From an uncultured Verrucomicrobiae bacterium (GTDB taxonomy: Bacteria > Verrucomicrobiota > Verrucomicrobiia > Limisphaerales > Palsa-1400), in assembly GCA_963707025.1 (NCBI GenBank), contig CAVPOM010000004.1:416001-480000 (forward strand): a stretch of DNA of 64,000 nucleotides, in the 5' to 3' direction. The notes below the pieces were generated by a model. That model searched no databases. It worked only from the letters and a program-made list of their open reading frames with translations, and was not told the origin of the DNA. Every line of letters starts with the position of its first letter. The stretch's first letter is position 1. Shown here piece by piece: positions 62,667-64,000 of the stretch. A program made the translations under genes and the position numbers.

Positions 62667-63656
62667 TCAACCGCCCACCGCCGCGCGCGCCTCCGCCGCC
62701 AGCGGCGTGCTCAAATAGCGTTCGCCGGTGGAACAGGCGATGGTGACGATCAGTTTGCCCTTGTTTTCCGGGCGTTTGGCCACTTCGATGGCCGCCACGA
62801 CGTTGGCGCCGGACGAGATGCCGCACCAGAATGCCTTCTTCCTTCGCCAGCCGCCGCGCCATGGCAAACGCGTCGTCGTTGGTAACCTGAATGCATTCGG
62901 CGATCTGCGGATTGCCCTTGCTGTCCTTCAAATGCAGGTTTTTGGGGATGAAACCCGGCGCCGAGTGCCCTGAATCTTGTGCGGGCCGGGCTTGAGCGGC
63001 TGGCCGGCCAAGCGTCTGGGAAATCACCGGCGAATCCTTCGGCTCCACCGCAATGGCCGTGAAACGACGGCTTGCGCGGCTTGATGACTTCGACGCAACC
63101 GGTGATGGTGCCGCCGGTCCCGACCGCCGCGACCAGAATGTCCACCTTGCCGTCGGTGTCGGCCCAGATTTCCTCGGCCGTGGTCTTGCGATGAATTTCA
63201 GGATTGGCCGGATTGTCGAACTGCTGCGGAATCCAGGAGTTCGGCGTTTCCTTGGCCAACTGCTCGGCCTTGGCGATGGCGCCTTTCATGCCTTCGGCGC
63301 CGGGCGTCAAAACCAGCTTCGCGCCCAGCATCGCCAGCAGCGTGCGCCGTTCCAGCGACATGGTTTCGGGCATGGTCAGAATGAGCTTGTAACCCTTGGC
63401 CGCGGCGACGAACGCCAGCGCGATGCCGGTGTTGCCGCTGGTCGGCTCGATGATCACCGTGTCCTTCTTCAGAACGCCGCGCTTTTCGGCGTCTTCAATC
63501 ATGGACATGCCGATGCGGTCCTTGACGCTGCCGAGCGGATTGAAAAACTCGCACTTGAGCAGAATGGTGGCGTGCAGCGCCGGCGGTGACTTTGTTCAGT
63601 TTGACCAGCGGCGTGTGCCCGACGGTTTCGACGATGTTATTGTAGATGCGTCCCAT
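62667..63656 (-). CDS. cysK: cysteine synthase A, several frameshifts
   Basis: [67 protein letters not shown]. Confidence 0.9.
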
Positions 63657-64000
63657 AAGAATCAATCGGGTTAATATTCTTGCAACTTTTACTTTCGACG
63701 CTGCATTTTGGCGCAACGTTCGATCAGGGCAAGCGTTTTTTTGGGGTTTTTGGGTTCCCCCGCGGCCGATTTATGAAGTTCCTGGTGTTCTTATGGTCCA
63801 GGGTCAAGATGCAAAAAAAAGATGAACCCGAGCCAGTCCAGCGACCCGGGCCAGTTCTGCCTGCGCGGCGTCGCAAGTAATGAACATTTTTCAATTTTCA
63901 CCGTCGTCGTCGTTGCCGTTCCTGCAATACCGGGTTGGGAACACGATCTCTGGATTTAACGCTCTTTTGCGCGCGCCAGACTTCGGCCATGAGGTCAGGC

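Noticed and set aside
60400..63660. Frameshifted WYL, rho and cysK as programmed frameshifting or gene decay
   Set aside because: Too many indels across conserved genes and no consistent slippery sites; treated as assembly artefact.
63680..64000. Possible coding sequence at window end
   Set aside because: No recognisable motif, error-prone region and truncated context.

Overview
GC-rich bacterial chromosomal window, most consistent with a Verrucomicrobiota (Pedosphaerales/Limisphaerales-like) genome. This is inferred from the GFTLIELL...H-X-DG pilin-like proteins, the Gloeo/Verruco-type repeat protein and the C-terminal F(Y/F)R motifs. Scattered single-base indels, even in rho and cysK, point to long-read consensus errors. 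Layout: (1) 0.7-14.4 kb: cobalamin-dependent methyl-transfer module with two URO-D/MtaA-fold proteins, a stand-alone homocysteine S-methyltransferase, a RACo-type ASKHA activator, a MetH-activation-like protein and a corrinoid protein. It is interrupted by an AT-richer IS3-remnant plus two-gene cassette. (2) 14.7-24.6 kb: sugar-acid catabolism (FAH, MFS, YjhG/YagF dehydratase, UxuA), ROK and AraC regulators, and an intact IS4 nested in a REP/MITE. (3) 24.6-45.4 kb: glucuronoxylan-degradation locus (pilin-like proteins, GH30, CE7, CE15-SGNH, GH115, GH8, GH10, GPH transporter, GH3). (4) 45.8-50.8 kb: decayed island at tRNA-Leu(TAG) that duplicates the tRNA promoter and 5' half rather than the 3' end. 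(5) 50.9-64 kb: pilin-like protein, TPR protein, LuxE/LuxC-like pair, queD, GloVer-repeat surface protein, ICMT, WYL regulator, rho and cysK. Best candidate for an undescribed system: corrinoid-dependent O-demethylation of methylated sugars (e.g. 4-O-methylglucuronate released by GH115/CE15), passing the methyl group to homocysteine. This is inferred from co-location and is not demonstrated.
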